DNA of 63,888 nt, counting the filler, from Octopus bimaculoides (taxonomy: Eukaryota), in assembly GCF_001194135.2 (NCBI RefSeq). It is 5 parts of 4 records of this genome, joined end to end, with 100 filler letters (N's around TTAATTAATTAA, not from the genome) between each part and the next. Parts side by side here need not be neighbours in the genome. Positions count along the whole stretch, not along the records: positions 61,279 to 63,888 come from NC_068996.1; 4 more parts are not named here. The stretch is one strand, 5' to 3'. Made by a program: the position numbers and the translations under genes. Numbering within the stretch: position 1 is the stretch's first letter; every line of letters begins with the position of its first letter. Positions 62,076 through 63,888 of the stretch are shown piece after piece. Below the pieces are notes generated by a model. That model was given only the letters and a program-made list of their open reading frames with translations, made no database searches and had not been told where the DNA came from.

Positions 62076-63430
62076 CCGACATACTGGATTCTTGTCAAAC
62101 CCCCTGCCCCCAATCCAGCACAGAACATAAAATGGAGACAAGTACCAACTGGTCTGCGTGACAAGCCTAAACAATTGTGAAAATATCCTTTCCATAAAAC
62201 CATTGGTCGCCTTCTAAATTTATAAATAAGAAAAAAAGTCTATACATATATATGCAAACTGATAATGTTGGTTTATTATACATTAAGGTCCCTAATTCAA
62301 GCCAGGATGAAACATGGATGTTTGATGGTTAAAAAAAATCCAAAATGGTTTTAAGAACAAAGAGACTATGTTCTTACCTCTAACGTCGTTTTAAATGTAC
62401 TTAATGAATCCAAAGTGTTTGACTGCTCTTGTGAAGAATTCGAAGTGGTGTCTCCAGGGGAAACTGCGGTAATGGAAGACAAGGGTCGGCTGGGCGGGAC
62501 CTGTTGCCAAACTCTGTGTGGTGAATCATGGTCTCTTATACTAGTCCCTGGATAAAAAAAAAATGAAATTCAAAATGTCTTTTTTTTCGTAAATCCTCCC
62601 ACACATATATATATATATATTGAAACTGTTAATGTTTGTTTATCATACGTTCAGGTCTGCGTGAAAATGCTTAAACAATTGTGAATACATCTCACATGAA
62701 ACAACTGGTCGCCTTTTAAATTTACAAATAAGCAAAAGNNNNNNNNNNNNNNNNNNNNNNNNNNNNNNNNNNNNNNNNNNNNNNNNNNNNNNNNNNNNNN
62801 NNNNNNNNNNNNNNNNNNNNNNNNNNNNNNNNNNNNNNNNNNNNNNNNNNNNNNNNNNNNNNNNNNNNNNNNNNNNNNNNNNNNNNNNNNNNNNNNNNNN
62901 NNNNNNNNNNNNNNNNNNNNNNNNNNNNNNNNNNNNNNNNNNNNNNNNNNNNNNNNNNNNNNNNNNNNNNNNNNNNNNNNNNNNNNNNNNNNNNNNNNNN
63001 NNNNNNNNNNNNNNNNNNNNNNNNNNNNNNNNNNNNNNNNNNNNNNNNNNNNNNNNNNNNNNNNNNNNNNNNNNNNNNNNNNNNNNNNNNNNNNNNNNNN
63101 NNNNNNNNNNNNNNNNNNNNNNNNNNNNNNNNNNNNNNNNNNNNNNNNNNNNNNNNAGTCCCTGGATAAAAAAAAAATGAAATTCAAAATGTCTTTTTTT
63201 TCGTAAATCCTCCCACACATATATATATATATATTGAAACTGTTAATGTTTGTTTAACATATGTTCAGGTCCCTCTGACAGACCGGATACTTGTCAAGCC
63301 CCCCCCCGCCCCCAATCCAGCGCAAAACATAAAATGGAGGAAAGTACCAACTGGTCTGCCTGAAAATGCTTAAACAATTGTGAATATATCCATACATGAA
63401 ACCATCGGTCGCCTTCTAAATTTACAAATA
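62040..63430 (+). repeat. Three related ~200-270-bp direct repeats
   Basis: Units at ~62042-62235, 62542-62738 and 63158-63430 share CTCCCACA(TA)n...GTTCAGGTC...AAACAATTGTGAA...GGTCGCCTT.TAAATTTA.AAATA. Confidence 0.85.
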
Positions 63431-63444
63431 TGTACTCGTTTAGG

Positions 63445-63888
63445 TTCTGACTGGCTTTGGTTATTAATCTGGCTGTGGCCATGCTGGGGTAGCGCCTTTA
63501 TTTGAGCAAACATCGACCCCAGGACTTATTCTTTGTAAGCCTAGTACTTATTCTATCGGCCTCTTTTTGCCAAACCGCTAAGTTACGGAGACGTAAACAC
63601 ACCAGCAACGGTTGTCAAGCGATGTTGGGGAGGACAAACACAGACACAAACACACACATATATATATATATAAGATGGGCTTCTTTCAGTTTCCGTCTAC
63701 CAAATCCACTCACAAGGCTTTGGTTGGCCCCGAGGCTATAGTAGAAGACACTTGCCCAAGGTGCCACAGAGTGGGACTCAACCCGGAACCATGTGGTTGG
63801 TAAGCAAGCTACTTACCACACAGTCACTCCTACACCTATAAATATATACGATGGGCTTCTTTCAGTTTCCGTCTACCAAATCCACTCA
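63445..63888 (-). mobile_element. SINE family A, full length (to ~63828), plus the start of a further copy at the window end
   Basis: Reverse-complement match to 36370-36803; GATGGGCTTCTTTCAGTTTCCGTCTACC is repeated at ~63850-63888. Confidence 0.9.

Overview
This is a repeat-dominated animal nuclear window from a gapped draft assembly. Its SINE families, TACA/TA/CAT microsatellites and base composition point to an octopus-like cephalopod (inference). Four 100-bp spacers (44 N + TTAATTAATTAA + 44 N) split it into five joined pieces, so neighbourhood across them is not reliable. I found no complete host gene, only a few weak exon candidates. Recognisable content includes a full-length but decayed Chapaev3-type DNA transposon (9155-11627, both termini and a TAA TSD), DD37D-type and DD34D mariner remnants, and a pogo/Tigger-like MITE. 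Retroelements include R4/Dong-like, CR1, RTE and L1/Tx1 LINE fragments (one with a nearly intact ORF1), several Penelope-like element (PLE) remnants, and many copies of four tRNA-derived SINE families. The most notable observations are minimal type-I hammerhead ribozyme motifs from at least six unrelated repeat families, and a 1.9-kb segment that weakly reads like decayed, divergent mitochondrial cox2-atp8-atp6-cox3 DNA in a non-molluscan order. Also notable are R4-like elements repeatedly joined to (TACA)n, and near-perfect inverted repeats that could form dsRNA. Family names come from recalled motifs, not database searches.
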